IMG/VR virus record: IMGVR_UViG_3300035183_000733
Coordinates: 309,760-373,759 of that record
Length of the DNA stretch: 64,000 nucleotides
Direction: 5' to 3' (one strand)
In this document: positions 25,409-35,753 of the stretch, one piece after another
How the letters are laid out: each line of letters begins with the position of its first letter
How positions within the stretch are numbered: position 1 is the stretch's first letter
The notes under the pieces: model-generated
Told to the model about the DNA's origin: nothing
The model's database searches: none
What the model saw: only the letters and a program-made list of their open reading frames with translations
Translations under genes and position numbers: made by a program

Positions 25409-26239
25409 ATGATAATTATATCCAAAGACAGAATATACCACGAGTATTTTAAAGGCGGCATGAAGGTGATAGTAAATATCTCCTCCACAGATGTGAGCCT
25501 TGTCCGCTTCCTCACCGAGACGGTGCAGGTAGAGGATAACGTTACGGTCGAGGACGTGCTGAGGCACCTCATAGATTACCAGGAGGACATAAGCTTCGCA
25601 ATGGAGTCGAGCCTTGGCGGTTACACGCTTCAGCCGTTCCTTGACGAACTGCTGAAGGACCTGCCAAAGGAAGATCACTTACTTTATGCCGAGTTCTGCC
25701 ACGAGGCGAACATCATAGACGGGATGCTGGTGCACACGCCGAGATTCGGCGCAATGGGCAAGGACATAGCCGGCGGTACCGACAATGAGCTGCCTTACAC
25801 GGTAGAGCTCGCTGCGATTTCATCTTACAAGCATCTCAACATAGTGCTCAACAAGGAGTACGTAGTGACAAAGATAGACGAGGTAGACGGCAAGCAAATA
25901 GACACGGTGCTCTTCGCTACAAGCAAGGAGTTCACGCTGTACGAGCTACTGCACGCTCTACTGTTCGAGATAAGCTACTACGGTACGCCCGAGATGCGCG
26001 CAGGCACGATGCTTCAGGAGGTGATAACCAACATAGGCCAGGGCGAGAACTTCAACATGTCCGTGGCCCAGATGGAGCACCTAAAGACGGAAGAGATAGC
26101 CAGGCTCGAGGCCGAGCTGGAAGAGTCCGTCAAAAACGAGGACTATGAGAAGAGCGCGGAGATACGCGACCGTATCGACCAGCTCAAAAGAGATAGAATA
26201 GGGCCAGACCCTGGAACAAATGCCCAGCCTGAGGTATAA
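25409..26239 (+). CDS. Hypothetical protein with C-terminal UvrB/UvrC coiled-coil motif
   Basis: LEESVKNEDYEKSAEIRDRI. Confidence 0.7.
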   Translation: MIIISKDRIYHEYFKGGMKVIVNISSTDVSLVRFLTETVQVEDNVTVEDVLRHLIDYQEDISFAMESSLGGYTLQPFLDELLKDLPKEDHLLYAEFCHEANIIDGMLVHTPRFGAMGKDIAGGTDNELPYTVELAAISSYKHLNIVLNKEYVVTKIDEVDGKQIDTVLFATSKEFTLYELLHALLFEISYYGTPEMRAGTMLQEVITNIGQGENFNMSVAQMEHLKTEEIARLEAELEESVKNEDYEKSAEIRDRIDQLKRDRIGPDPGTNAQPEV

Positions 26240-26263
26240 TCGTAAATAGAAACTTCAATAGAA

Positions 26264-27298
26264 ATGGATAACAACCACAACCAGAACCAGAACGAGACAC
26301 CGGAAGAGAGGGCAAAGCGCCTGCTCCGCGAGAAGGAGGAGCAATCCGGAATGACATTCGATAAAAGCGAAGAGACAAAGCCAAAAAAAGAACCTGTTCC
26401 AGAACAGATGACTTCCCTTGGCAAGGCGTCTACTTTCTTTGAGAACCAGGGAACACAGGGGATACCTGGCGGTGACGCAGGCTGGAAACCTGTGCCGGTA
26501 GATAACTTGCCGAGCAACGGTTTGTTCTATCCCGAGGGTACTACACTCGAGATCAAGGCCGCGTCCGTCGGAGAGATACGTCACTTCTCTACTATCGACG
26601 AGCAGGACCCGCTCGACCTCGACGACAAGCTCAACTTAATAGTTGAGAAGTGCATGAGGCTCAGGTTCCCTGACCGCAATGCTTCATACCGCGACTTGAA
26701 GGAGGAGGACCGCTTCTACATAATCTTCGCGATACGCGAGCTCACATTCAAGGAGGGTGAGAATAAGCTTTTCATCAACGTGAGGTGTGGCGCTACGTGC
26801 CTCGGTGACGGATCGTTCCAGGAGAAGGTCGAGATGAAGAAGGAGAACTTCGAGTACTACAAGATAGACCCGAAGCTCATGCAGTACTACGATCCTAACG
26901 CTCGCGGTTTCGTAATCAACAGCGAGAAGGCTGGGACTATAAAGCTTTACGTCCCATCGCTTGGCGTTACGTCGTTTATCAAGAATTACCTCAGGGAGAG
27001 GATACAGCGCAGGGAGTTTTACGACAAGGCGTTCATCAAAGTCGCTCCGTTCCTGTTCGACGACTGGCGCACTCTCAACGAGGCAAAATTCCAACAGATG
27101 CAGAAGGAGTCCCTAAGCTGGAACGTTTACAAGCTGTCTGCCATTTTAAAAATTGCGGAGAAAATTCGATTCGGAGCAAAGACCGAGTTGAAGCGTCAAT
27201 GCGACAAGTGCGGTGCTGAGGTCGCCGCACCTCTGGCCTTTCCCGGAGGAATCAAGTCGCTATTTCTCCCTGCTGACCCGCTCGACGACCTTCTTTAA
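26264..27298 (+). CDS. Baseplate hub / tail assembly protein (T4 gp26-like)
   Basis: LPSNGLFYP...EI, D-x-x-YI-x-x-x-IRE, two Cys pairs (RCGATC, CDKC); position between tube and tape measure. Confidence 0.65.
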   Translation: MDNNHNQNQNETPEERAKRLLREKEEQSGMTFDKSEETKPKKEPVPEQMTSLGKASTFFENQGTQGIPGGDAGWKPVPVDNLPSNGLFYPEGTTLEIKAASVGEIRHFSTIDEQDPLDLDDKLNLIVEKCMRLRFPDRNASYRDLKEEDRFYIIFAIRELTFKEGENKLFINVRCGATCLGDGSFQEKVEMKKENFEYYKIDPKLMQYYDPNARGFVINSEKAGTIKLYVPSLGVTSFIKNYLRERIQRREFYDKAFIKVAPFLFDDWRTLNEAKFQQMQKESLSWNVYKLSAILKIAEKIRFGAKTELKRQCDKCGAEVAAPLAFPGGIKSLFLPADPLDDLL

Positions 27299-27371
27299 TA
27301 CCTCGGACCAGCCGAGCACGGAATCGATACGCTGTCTGCTGTATTCCACGAGGAGGGATATTGAGAACATC

Positions 27372-27719
27372 ATGGAATTCCAGAATCAGATGGGACAGTG
27401 GGACGACCCCGAGAACCAACAGAGCATGCTCTCGTTGTTCCAGGTCGACATCGAGAATCTCGTCAACGTGCAGTTTGGCCTGATGTATCACCTCCGGGTT
27501 TCGCCAAGCGAGGTTAACAACTGGCCGTATTGGGAGTACGAGATTTATGTGGAAAGGCTGGCCGAAGTTCTCAAGAAGAAACAGCAAGCCGAAGACAAGC
27601 AAGGCAAGGAGATGATGAACCAGCAGTTCAATCCTCAGAAATCGGCCGATGGGTTCCTCAAAAAAGCCCAGGGCGCTGCGCCTAAAGTCTCAATGCCATC
27701 TTTCAGAATGCCTAAATGA
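27372..27719 (+). CDS. Baseplate hub assembly chaperone (gp51-like); start may be 27426
   Basis: LMYHLRVSPSEVNNWPYWEYEIYVERL resembles the gp51-type P-WE-x-IY motif. Confidence 0.55.
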   Translation: MEFQNQMGQWDDPENQQSMLSLFQVDIENLVNVQFGLMYHLRVSPSEVNNWPYWEYEIYVERLAEVLKKKQQAEDKQGKEMMNQQFNPQKSADGFLKKAQGAAPKVSMPSFRMPK

Positions 27720-27722
27720 TAA

Positions 27723-27750
27723 GAGCCCCGATTATGTCGGGGCTTTTTAT
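27723..27750 (+). terminator. Intrinsic terminator
   Basis: AGCCCCGA-TTATG-TCGGGGCT-TTTT. Confidence 0.85.
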
Positions 27751-27787
27751 TTCACGGATATATAAGTAAATAGTATCCGTATACCAG

Positions 27788-28177
27788 ATGAAGCACTTAA
27801 AATTGTTCGAAACGTTCGACGTAAAGAAGGACGAACAGGCTGAAGACAAGGTTCGTCAGATGAGCATTCACGCGCTCGCTGGGAAGCCGGAATATGTGGT
27901 GCTCTATCTGAAGAGCAAGCCGTCCACCGATGAACTGCACAAGGACCTCGAGGGCCTCGACATAGACTTTGCCAATATAAACGCCAAGAAGGCGCAGCAT
28001 TACACTGTAGGCAATTCCAAGGCCGAGTTCAACCTTTACGCTAATGGTCCATCCATAGTGGTCGAGACGACAACGACGTACGTGCCTTCTGAGAAGATAG
28101 TCGACAAACTTAAATCCAAGGGATGGAGAGTAGTTGCCAGAGAGACTGCGGCACGTTCATTGGTGGTTACTCAGTAG
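27788..28177 (+). CDS. Hypothetical protein with MKHLKLFETF N-terminal motif
   Basis: Follows GATATATAA at 27757. Confidence 0.7.
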   Translation: MKHLKLFETFDVKKDEQAEDKVRQMSIHALAGKPEYVVLYLKSKPSTDELHKDLEGLDIDFANINAKKAQHYTVGNSKAEFNLYANGPSIVVETTTTYVPSEKIVDKLKSKGWRVVARETAARSLVVTQ

Positions 28178-28280
28178 TGTATATGCAGAAGGGTGAGTTC
28201 ATGTTGTACACTAATATCGGTGATGACGATGATACTACAAGCATAATAACGCTCGCAGAAATAGTCAAGGAATAATTTAG

Positions 28281-31200
28281 ATGACAAACAAGTCACTGAA
28301 CATAATAGCGTCCTCCGCCAAGATGATGGCGGATTCGGCACGTTCCATGGAGGCTCTCGTCGAGAACCTCGAGACGGCCGTATCCACACAGAACACCATA
28401 CTCGGCGCGTTCGTGGACAAGCTCGAACAACTTCTAAAGAAGGCTGGCGGCGGTGGCGGCGGTGAAAAAGCAGGAGGCGGTGGTAAGGGATCAAGCATGC
28501 TCTCATCCCTCGGAGGGCTCGGCAAGATCAGTAAAGATACCGGCGACAACCTGAAGGCCATGGGAGAGGGTCTGACCGTTTTCTCGAAGGGGTTGCTCGA
28601 CTTCGCCAAGGCTGGTATAAAATTCATGATAGTTCCGCAGAAGGTTATGACCTCGATGGTCGACCTTATAGTCAAGCTTGCGGAACAACTCGCCAAGATA
28701 GACGGAAAGAAAATACAAGAGGGCGCAGAAGGCTTATCATCGATGGCCGGTGCTATTGCTATATTCGGATTGACGCTCGCGCTCGCGGCGCCTGTGTACT
28801 TAATAGCCGCGCTTGGCGCGCTCATAGTCATACCTACAATAGCGGCGTTCGCATACGTGTTCAGTCTAATAGGAAAGGCCGCACCTGCGATCGACGCGGG
28901 GGCCAAAGCTGTAGCATGGATGGGCCTCGCCATCGCATCGTTCGGGCTCGCGCTCTGGATAACAAAAACGCTGGTAGGCGGAAGCTGGAAGGACCTCGCA
29001 GTAGCCAGCTTGATAGTCGTAGGCGCACTCGCACTATTCGGCATAACATTTTACATAATAAGCGAATTTGCCGACCCGATACAGAAGAGTGCAAAAGCCG
29101 TAGCTTGGATGGGTCTCGCCATAATAGCATTGGGCATAGGTCTTGCTATATTCCAGGCGTTCAATATTTCGTTCGGCACTGTGCTCGTGGCAGCCGGAGC
29201 CGTCGCGATACTCGGTATTGCGTTCGGTATAGCCGGTATATTCGGCTCTCTCATAGAAGCCGGTGTCATACCTCTCGCGATGGCAGGTCTCGCGCTCATA
29301 GCGCTCGCGCTCGGCATTGGTGCGTTCAGGTTGTTTGGAATAGAGACTGCGGATTATCTCGCAGCGGGCGGAGCCGTCGCGGTCACCGCAGGTGCATTTA
29401 TGCTCGCTGGACTGTTGTCTCCACTGATATTGCTCGGAGCCGTCGCATTGATAGTTGCCGGAGTCGCTCTCATATCGTTGTCCGCCGGTCTCGCTGTCAT
29501 GAACACTATGTACGTTAAGGCCATGGACGGAATACTCGCTCCATCAACGGCGGATCCGGAACAGACGAACCTCGACATTGTCATAGGCAGCGTTGTGGAC
29601 GCGTTCTTCATCAACCCGGTAAAGGCCGTGTTCATGATGATAGGAGCCGTCGCCTTGATGTTCGCATCGATAGCTCTCGTGACACTCGCTGGCGGTTTAT
29701 TCGTAATGAACGCGCTCTACAAGAAGGCGATGGACGGTGTCCTCGCCAAGAGCACCAACGAGGATTACCAGACCAACCTCGACTTCGTGGTCGGAAGCGT
29801 GGTCGAGGCGTTCTACATCAACCCAGTGAAGTCGGTGTTCATGATGCTCGGCGCCGTTGCTTTGATAGTAGCGTCCGTGTCCCTCGTAACGCTCGCTGGC
29901 GGTATAGCATTGTTCAACCTCGTATGGAAGAAGACTAAGGACTCAGGACTGTTCAAGCCGAGCGCTACGGACCCGGACGTATCCAACTTTGAATACACGC
30001 TCGACGCCATCATAGATGGTATGGTAATGGGTCCATTCAGATTGATGGAGCTCTACGCCGCGGTGCCGGCGTGGATAATGGCGGGTATCGGGCTCATCAC
30101 AATAGGTACAGGCTTGTCCAAGTTTGTCCAGATAGTCGAGAAGAATATAGACATCAACAAGATTGGCGACATGGTCACCACCGTGTTGACGACAGTTGCC
30201 GAGTGCTTGATAAACGTTGGCAACGGGGAGTCCGTTGACTGGGACGATGTAGAGGACGGCATAGAGGCCGTGTCGGATGTCGGCAATGTTCTTTCGTCTA
30301 TAGCGGACGGCGTCGCCAAGATGGCGGAGCTCAAGATACCTATTTACGATAAAAACGGTAACGTTACCTCGTACATAACAATTGGTGACAAGACATTCGA
30401 CCAGGTGTCCGTCAACATGAAGAAGATAATCAACGCCGTCGTGGGAACGCTGACCGAGATAGGAAAGGGACAGGGCGAAGTTGGATGGTTCAGCAAGAGC
30501 GACGGAGAGAAGGGTGCCGACGCTATCCGCGGGATAGGACAAGACCTCGTCGGCCTCGCGGACTTCGTGCAGAAGGCCGCCAACCTGACGTTCCCTATCT
30601 ACGACAAGGACGGCAAAGAAATTGGCAAGACCACCATAGACCCTAAGATGCTCGAGAAGGGCGGCTCGGTTTATCGTAACATAGTTGCGATGATCAGGTC
30701 CGTGACAAGCGCTCTCGGAGAGATTGGTTCCGGCGAAGCCGCACAGTCCGGCTGGTTCGTGGATTCCGACATAGAGAAAGGCAAGCAAGCGATCGCGGGC
30801 GTATCTGGCGACCTCAACGGTATCGCACAGATGGTGCAATCCGTGGCCACCGTACAGAACTTTGATGTTGTCGAGCAGAACATCAAGCGCACGCTCATTC
30901 TCATACCGCAGGCCATGCTTGGTGCGGCTGAGATAATAGACAAGAACAGGGCTTCTCTAATGAAGACCGGCGCCTCTATTTCCAACATGATGGACGCTAT
31001 CGGTTCCATCATAGATGCCCTCGCTAAGGTTGCCGAGAAGAAGATAACGGACAAGGAAGGCGCGATAATAAGCAACGCCGTGACGCAACTCATCGGCGCG
31101 TTCTCATCTATAAAGCCGGATACCGATTACTCACACTTCCAGAAGGCCGTAGAGTACATAGAGCGTCTGGCCGGAACTGCCGACCCTATGGACAGGCTCG

Positions 31201-31643
31201 CCAAGTCGTTCGACAAGATAGCTAAGACCATGGACAAGTTTGGCGCGACGTTCAAGAAGATGGACCAGATGACGCTGAAGAACTCGACCATGCTCATCCA
31301 GTCGCTCACCACGTTCGCGAAGGCCGATCCTAACGCGCTCAACGCGCTATCGGATAAGGGCAAGATGCTCATCCAGTACATTTACGAGAAGAACGGCGAG
31401 AAGAAGCAGACGCCACCTACCCCACCGACGCCTGCACCTACTTCAAATACGAACCAAAGTGGAACTAAGAATGTAACCAACACTAAAACTCCTGCCAATC
31501 CAGGCACCGCACCAATTGCTACAGGTTCGACTGCCCGTATGGAGCAGTTGCTCGAAGATATTTTAACTAAATTGAATAAGTTGAATATGCTCGAGGACAT
31601 AGATACTAAACTCAGTGGCACGCTTAAGGTCACCGATAAATAA
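28281..31643 (+). CDS. Tape measure protein
   Basis: 1120 aa, Ala/Gly-rich helical protein with long hydrophobic repeat block, downstream of tube/hub genes. Confidence 0.8.
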   Translation: MTNKSLNIIASSAKMMADSARSMEALVENLETAVSTQNTILGAFVDKLEQLLKKAGGGGGGEKAGGGGKGSSMLSSLGGLGKISKDTGDNLKAMGEGLTVFSKGLLDFAKAGIKFMIVPQKVMTSMVDLIVKLAEQLAKIDGKKIQEGAEGLSSMAGAIAIFGLTLALAAPVYLIAALGALIVIPTIAAFAYVFSLIGKAAPAIDAGAKAVAWMGLAIASFGLALWITKTLVGGSWKDLAVASLIVVGALALFGITFYIISEFADPIQKSAKAVAWMGLAIIALGIGLAIFQAFNISFGTVLVAAGAVAILGIAFGIAGIFGSLIEAGVIPLAMAGLALIALALGIGAFRLFGIETADYLAAGGAVAVTAGAFMLAGLLSPLILLGAVALIVAGVALISLSAGLAVMNTMYVKAMDGILAPSTADPEQTNLDIVIGSVVDAFFINPVKAVFMMIGAVALMFASIALVTLAGGLFVMNALYKKAMDGVLAKSTNEDYQTNLDFVVGSVVEAFYINPVKSVFMMLGAVALIVASVSLVTLAGGIALFNLVWKKTKDSGLFKPSATDPDVSNFEYTLDAIIDGMVMGPFRLMELYAAVPAWIMAGIGLITIGTGLSKFVQIVEKNIDINKIGDMVTTVLTTVAECLINVGNGESVDWDDVEDGIEAVSDVGNVLSSIADGVAKMAELKIPIYDKNGNVTSYITIGDKTFDQVSVNMKKIINAVVGTLTEIGKGQGEVGWFSKSDGEKGADAIRGIGQDLVGLADFVQKAANLTFPIYDKDGKEIGKTTIDPKMLEKGGSVYRNIVAMIRSVTSALGEIGSGEAAQSGWFVDSDIEKGKQAIAGVSGDLNGIAQMVQSVATVQNFDVVEQNIKRTLILIPQAMLGAAEIIDKNRASLMKTGASISNMMDAIGSIIDALAKVAEKKITDKEGAIISNAVTQLIGAFSSIKPDTDYSHFQKAVEYIERLAGTADPMDRLAKSFDKIAKTMDKFGATFKKMDQMTLKNSTMLIQSLTTFAKADPNALNALSDKGKMLIQYIYEKNGEKKQTPPTPPTPAPTSNTNQSGTKNVTNTKTPANPGTAPIATGSTARMEQLLEDILTKLNKLNMLEDIDTKLSGTLKVTDK

Positions 31644-31817
31644 TTTATTCCACTTCCATCTTCGGAGGAACATTTCTTGTTATATTAGATCGTTCGGATG
31701 TGCGTAGATATTCTGTCTGCAACTCCGGGCCCACAGAGGCCTTCCGAAACCCACAAAACAACAGAGCCGAAACATTTCGTATCTGTGCGGTATAATAAAT
31801 CCCCAAGGAAGACTCTG

Positions 31818-32276
31818 ATGAAATCAGCTAAATATGACATCTCATATATGAGGATGGCCCACGTATGGGCCGAGAACTCTCACTGCAAGCGCAAGCAGGT
31901 AGGCGCGTTAATCGTAAAGGATAACATGATAATATCCGACGGTTTCAACGGCACTCCGTCCGGTATGGACAACTGCTGCGAGGATGCAGCAGGCGAGACC
32001 AAGTGGGAGGTCATACACGCAGAAGCCAACGCCATTCTCAAGCTCACAAACACACCAAACTCGTGCGAGGGCGCTACCCTGTACATAACACTATCCCCGT
32101 GTCGGGACTGCAGCAAGCTCATTCTCCGTTCTAAAATATCACGTGTGGTTTATGATAAGGAGCACTCCGATGTCGCAGGGATCGACTTCCTGAGAAACAA
32201 CGGTGTGCGAGTGGACCAGCTTGAGCTACACATCGAGAACACTTACACTATTAAGAAAACAAACATACACATATAA
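31818..32276 (+). CDS. dCMP deaminase
   Basis: CKRKQVGA, GFNGTPSG, HAEANAI, LSPCRDC; real start MKSAKYD. Confidence 0.93.
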   Translation: MKSAKYDISYMRMAHVWAENSHCKRKQVGALIVKDNMIISDGFNGTPSGMDNCCEDAAGETKWEVIHAEANAILKLTNTPNSCEGATLYITLSPCRDCSKLILRSKISRVVYDKEHSDVAGIDFLRNNGVRVDQLELHIENTYTIKKTNIHI

Positions 32277-32278
32277 TC

Positions 32279-32569
32279 ATGAAGCAATTTAATGACTTAC
32301 TCAATTCGGTTAAGGCCGTACAGGGCAATGGCTCGGAGTCAAACCAACCAACGCCAAAGGAGATTAAGGAACAGGCAATAGCAGAGCATAAACAGGGTAT
32401 CGCGAAAGCGCTCACTCGCTTGCTCGTAGCGGTGCTGTCCTTATTTGGAGAGGCTCTCGTTGTGAAGTTACTGGCCGGCGTTGTGGTTCCAGAGTACCCG
32501 CTGGATTACTGGCAATCTTTGTGTTTCATTCTACTGGTGCGCTTAACATTAGGTTCGTACAAAAATTAA
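32279..32569 (+). CDS. Hypothetical membrane protein
   Basis: Hydrophobic C-terminal half. Confidence 0.6.
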   Translation: MKQFNDLLNSVKAVQGNGSESNQPTPKEIKEQAIAEHKQGIAKALTRLLVAVLSLFGEALVVKLLAGVVVPEYPLDYWQSLCFILLVRLTLGSYKN

Positions 32570-32581
32570 AAGACAATTTCA

Positions 32582-33274
32582 ATGGAGAATTTAGAGATCA
32601 GATTGGTCTCGATAAATGAGCTCGCGCTTAAGTACATCGAGACGAGGAGTGAGAGGGACTTCAGAAACTTATTCGAGAGGATACGCCCTGGACTGACCAA
32701 CTACGCAAACAACATTCTCAAAGACCTCGACGCCGCTAACGACGTGGTGGCCGACGCATTCGTAAAGATGTGGTCGAGAATAGACACGTACAAGCCGTGC
32801 TGGTGCTTTTCGACGTGGGCATACCGCGTCACTCGCAACGAGGCCATGCAGTACATACGCAAGAAGAAGCAGCTCTCGACAGTATCGCTCGAGAACTGCG
32901 TGAAGTTTATAGGCAGCAGCTTTGAGGATTCGCCGGACTTCATGCTCATCGATAACGGTATCGATCATGAGGGACTGATCTCAATGCCAGACGAGATAGA
33001 CCCGATGTTATCTCCAGAAGACGTTACTGACGCGTTGTACCAGAGCGTGATGGAACAGATGAACAAACTGCCCGCGCACTACAAGGACATCATAATTGAC
33101 AGGGAGGTCCACGAGATGCAGTACGAGGAGATAGCCGCAAAATACGGTCTTGAGCTTAACACCGTCAAGACCAGGATTATTCGTGCCAGGGAGAAAATAA
33201 TGCAGATGGCCAACCTCGGCGACCGCAAGTCCAAGAGGAAATCTAAGAAGAAGGCCTGGAACGCAGGAATCTGA
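32582..33274 (+). CDS. RNA polymerase sigma factor, ECF type
   Basis: Region 2 (DVVADAFVKMW...FSTWAYRVTRNEA) and region 4 (YEEIAAKYGLELNTVKTRIIRAR). Confidence 0.9.
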   Translation: MENLEIRLVSINELALKYIETRSERDFRNLFERIRPGLTNYANNILKDLDAANDVVADAFVKMWSRIDTYKPCWCFSTWAYRVTRNEAMQYIRKKKQLSTVSLENCVKFIGSSFEDSPDFMLIDNGIDHEGLISMPDEIDPMLSPEDVTDALYQSVMEQMNKLPAHYKDIIIDREVHEMQYEEIAAKYGLELNTVKTRIIRAREKIMQMANLGDRKSKRKSKKKAWNAGI

Positions 33275-33321
33275 GAGCTGATAACTTTTCCTAATTACTT
33301 TTATTTCTGTTATCTATTTAG

Positions 33322-33329
33322 TATCTTTG
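33322..33329 (+). promoter_or_regulatory. Bacteroidota-type -7 element
   Basis: TATCTTTG upstream of ATG 33353. Confidence 0.6.
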
Positions 33330-33352
33330 ATTAAACAAAAATCTTCAGAGCT

Positions 33353-34141
33353 ATGAGAAAGTTAGTGGAAAATCAGTACAATAGGATTCTTATGCAGGCC
33401 GGATCACCTAACTGGGTGGACCGTCAGATATTGGCCCTGGCTAACTACATTTTGTTCCCAGAGTTCAGGAAGAGGAGCTACGACCTTAAATGGTGCATGT
33501 ACGGGCTCCTCTCCTATTTCATATTCGCCATGGCCATAGATGTTATGTATGTGAGGGGCAAGCTCGACGAGCGAAACATGGAGCTGAATGCGGCCTATAA
33601 TAAGGTAGATTATCTGCTGGACAATGCTTACAGGTACGTGTACAATCAGGTCGAGGACTCGTTCCGTGTATCTGATGAGTACCTGAGGTACAAGATGTAT
33701 AAGGAGACCGGCATAATCGTACCGGAGAGGGTGAGCGAGGATCATCTGAAGGCTATTGCAAAATTGTCGGAGGACAAGAAGATCCCGCTTAATATCTTCT
33801 TGAGGGTTATATACCACGAATCGAGGTTCGATTCGTCTGCAGTAAATAAGTCCTCTGGTGCTTTCGGCTATTGTCAGACTATGCCGACTACGTTCGACCA
33901 CTTCTACTCGGCGATGAAGCTCAAGGGTGGTAAGTCAGCGTTGAACAATCTGACGATTGGGGCGGAGGTGCTTGCCAAGAAGTTCAATTACTGGATCGGG
34001 CGAGGACGCGACGAGATGGGAGCCTGGGAGATGGCGCTTGCGGGTTATGCGATGGGTGACAGTCTTCCGCGAGCTTTGAACGCGGTGCCAAACGCGGTGA
34101 GGCCTTATGTTAATTATGTGCTGTATCAAAAAGAACTTTAA
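33353..34141 (+). CDS. Lytic transglycosylase (SLT domain) with N-terminal TM segment
   Basis: IYHESRF...SSGAFGYCQTMP...NL-x-x-GA...ALAGY. Confidence 0.8.
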   Translation: MRKLVENQYNRILMQAGSPNWVDRQILALANYILFPEFRKRSYDLKWCMYGLLSYFIFAMAIDVMYVRGKLDERNMELNAAYNKVDYLLDNAYRYVYNQVEDSFRVSDEYLRYKMYKETGIIVPERVSEDHLKAIAKLSEDKKIPLNIFLRVIYHESRFDSSAVNKSSGAFGYCQTMPTTFDHFYSAMKLKGGKSALNNLTIGAEVLAKKFNYWIGRGRDEMGAWEMALAGYAMGDSLPRALNAVPNAVRPYVNYVLYQKEL

Positions 34142-34146
34142 ATAAC

Positions 34147-34632
34147 ATGTTCAACAGATTACGCGGAGCGATTAAGGACATTCGTAATTACTATTACATC
34201 AAGGGTGTTATACGCAAGAATAAGAACACTCCGGAGTGGAAGAAACACAACTTATCGGTTGGATACTTCGGCATCATATACACGGTGATAAACCTGCCTC
34301 CTGAAGTATTTGAATCGGAAGAGCAGTACCACTCGGTATACGTCATGGAGATGATGATGCCTATAAACAACTACCTGGCGTCTCTCAATCTTCAGGAGGT
34401 GGTCACACCCCGTGTAGAGAACCTAATAAATAAAGAGAAAGGCGAGTACGCGTACGGCGTAAAGTATCTTCCATTATTCAGGGACCTATCGTTAGGGTAC
34501 GTGATGTGGCGGGTTCTCGGTGCGTTGCTGGTGCTCTGGCTACAGCTCAGGTTCGGGTTGTTCTCCAAGGGCCTCGGTTACGTGTTCGACGTGTTCGATT
34601 ACGTGAAGAAATTTTTCGAGTGGGCGTTCTGA
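34147..34632 (+). CDS. Hypothetical protein with C-terminal TM helix
   Basis: 161-aa ORF. Confidence 0.65.
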   Translation: MFNRLRGAIKDIRNYYYIKGVIRKNKNTPEWKKHNLSVGYFGIIYTVINLPPEVFESEEQYHSVYVMEMMMPINNYLASLNLQEVVTPRVENLINKEKGEYAYGVKYLPLFRDLSLGYVMWRVLGALLVLWLQLRFGLFSKGLGYVFDVFDYVKKFFEWAF

Positions 34633-34908
34633 CGAATTTCGAAGAATCAACGGATCTTTCCCTCGAGGCAAGGTGGAAGACTTCGGAAGACGTACGCCGA
34701 GACATAGTCAAATTGCACAACACACACAGATGCCGATATAGAGGGAAGCAAGCCTAAGTTGGGTGCTCGGTGCTCGTCGGTTCGGCTACGGCGCGCAGCT
34801 ACTCCAGCCAGGACTACCGGCTGACGACTCCGGTCACAGAGATACTCGAGGCAACTTTGAAACAAACCACTTCATCCTGGGTATAAAAACAAAATCGTAC
34901 CCAGAAGG

Positions 34909-35724
34909 ATGAATGTTACAATAGATAGAATTGACGGTTTGCCATTCGGGCGATGCTACAAGGTCACCAGTGGTGGAGAGTCTCATTTCCTGCCGTCAGT
35001 TACCACAATACTCAAGATGAAACCCACGCCGAAGTACGACGAGATACGCGAGTCGCTCGGTGATGAGAAGTACAAGTTGGCCATGCAGCGCGCGGCCGAC
35101 AGGGGTACCGTGATGCACAAGTGGCTCGAGGAGTTCCTTGGACACTATGGGGTGCACAAAGATAAGGCAGCTGCGTTGAAGCACACGCAGACGTACATAT
35201 CAGAGACCAAGGAGTTCGACGACCTGATAACGGAGAAGGCACGCGCGGTCAGGATAGGCCGTGAGCTGTTTTACAATTTCTACCACAACGAGACGTGGAT
35301 AAATCCGATAAAGAATGTACTTCACAACGAGGTGTTCATGTACACGTTCTTCAAGGGCGGCTGGGCCGGAGCTTCCGATTTCGTGTACGAGGATTTCGAT
35401 GGTAATCACGTGATAGCTGACTTTAAGTCATCGAGGATCAAGAAGGACCCGGACGAGATAGACTCGTACCGTATGCAGATAGCTTGCTACATGTTCAAGT
35501 ACGCTGAGATGTACAAGGTAGTGCCGTCGAGAGGCGAGATACTCATAGCCAACGAGGACAACAACGAGATCCAGAAGGTGGTGGTGCCTCTGAACGACGA
35601 CCCGGAACACGGACCCGGCATGAAGCACTATCTCAAAGAGTTCCTGTACTACAAGGAACAGTTCCACCGGACACCAGAATGGATAGATTTTGAGTCCAAG
35701 ATAGCCAAGGAACGGGCAGTTTAA
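34909..35724 (+). CDS. PD-(D/E)xK exonuclease (Cas4/RecB-like, T4-like phage type)
   Basis: LPSVTTIL, RGTVMH, AGASD, IADFKSS, YRMQIACY. Confidence 0.85.
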   Translation: MNVTIDRIDGLPFGRCYKVTSGGESHFLPSVTTILKMKPTPKYDEIRESLGDEKYKLAMQRAADRGTVMHKWLEEFLGHYGVHKDKAAALKHTQTYISETKEFDDLITEKARAVRIGRELFYNFYHNETWINPIKNVLHNEVFMYTFFKGGWAGASDFVYEDFDGNHVIADFKSSRIKKDPDEIDSYRMQIACYMFKYAEMYKVVPSRGEILIANEDNNEIQKVVVPLNDDPEHGPGMKHYLKEFLYYKEQFHRTPEWIDFESKIAKERAV

Positions 35725-35753
35725 ACAGATATATAAAAAGCAACAAGAAAACA

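Noticed and set aside
27240-27300. Lambda G/GT-type -1 frameshift in tail chaperones
   Set aside because: No X XXY YYZ heptamer, and the -1 frame does not lead into the downstream gene
32582-33274. ECF sigma as the factor reading GATATATAA
   Set aside because: The sequence gives no link; a lone -10-type motif is more typical of gp55-like sigmas, so this cannot be assigned here
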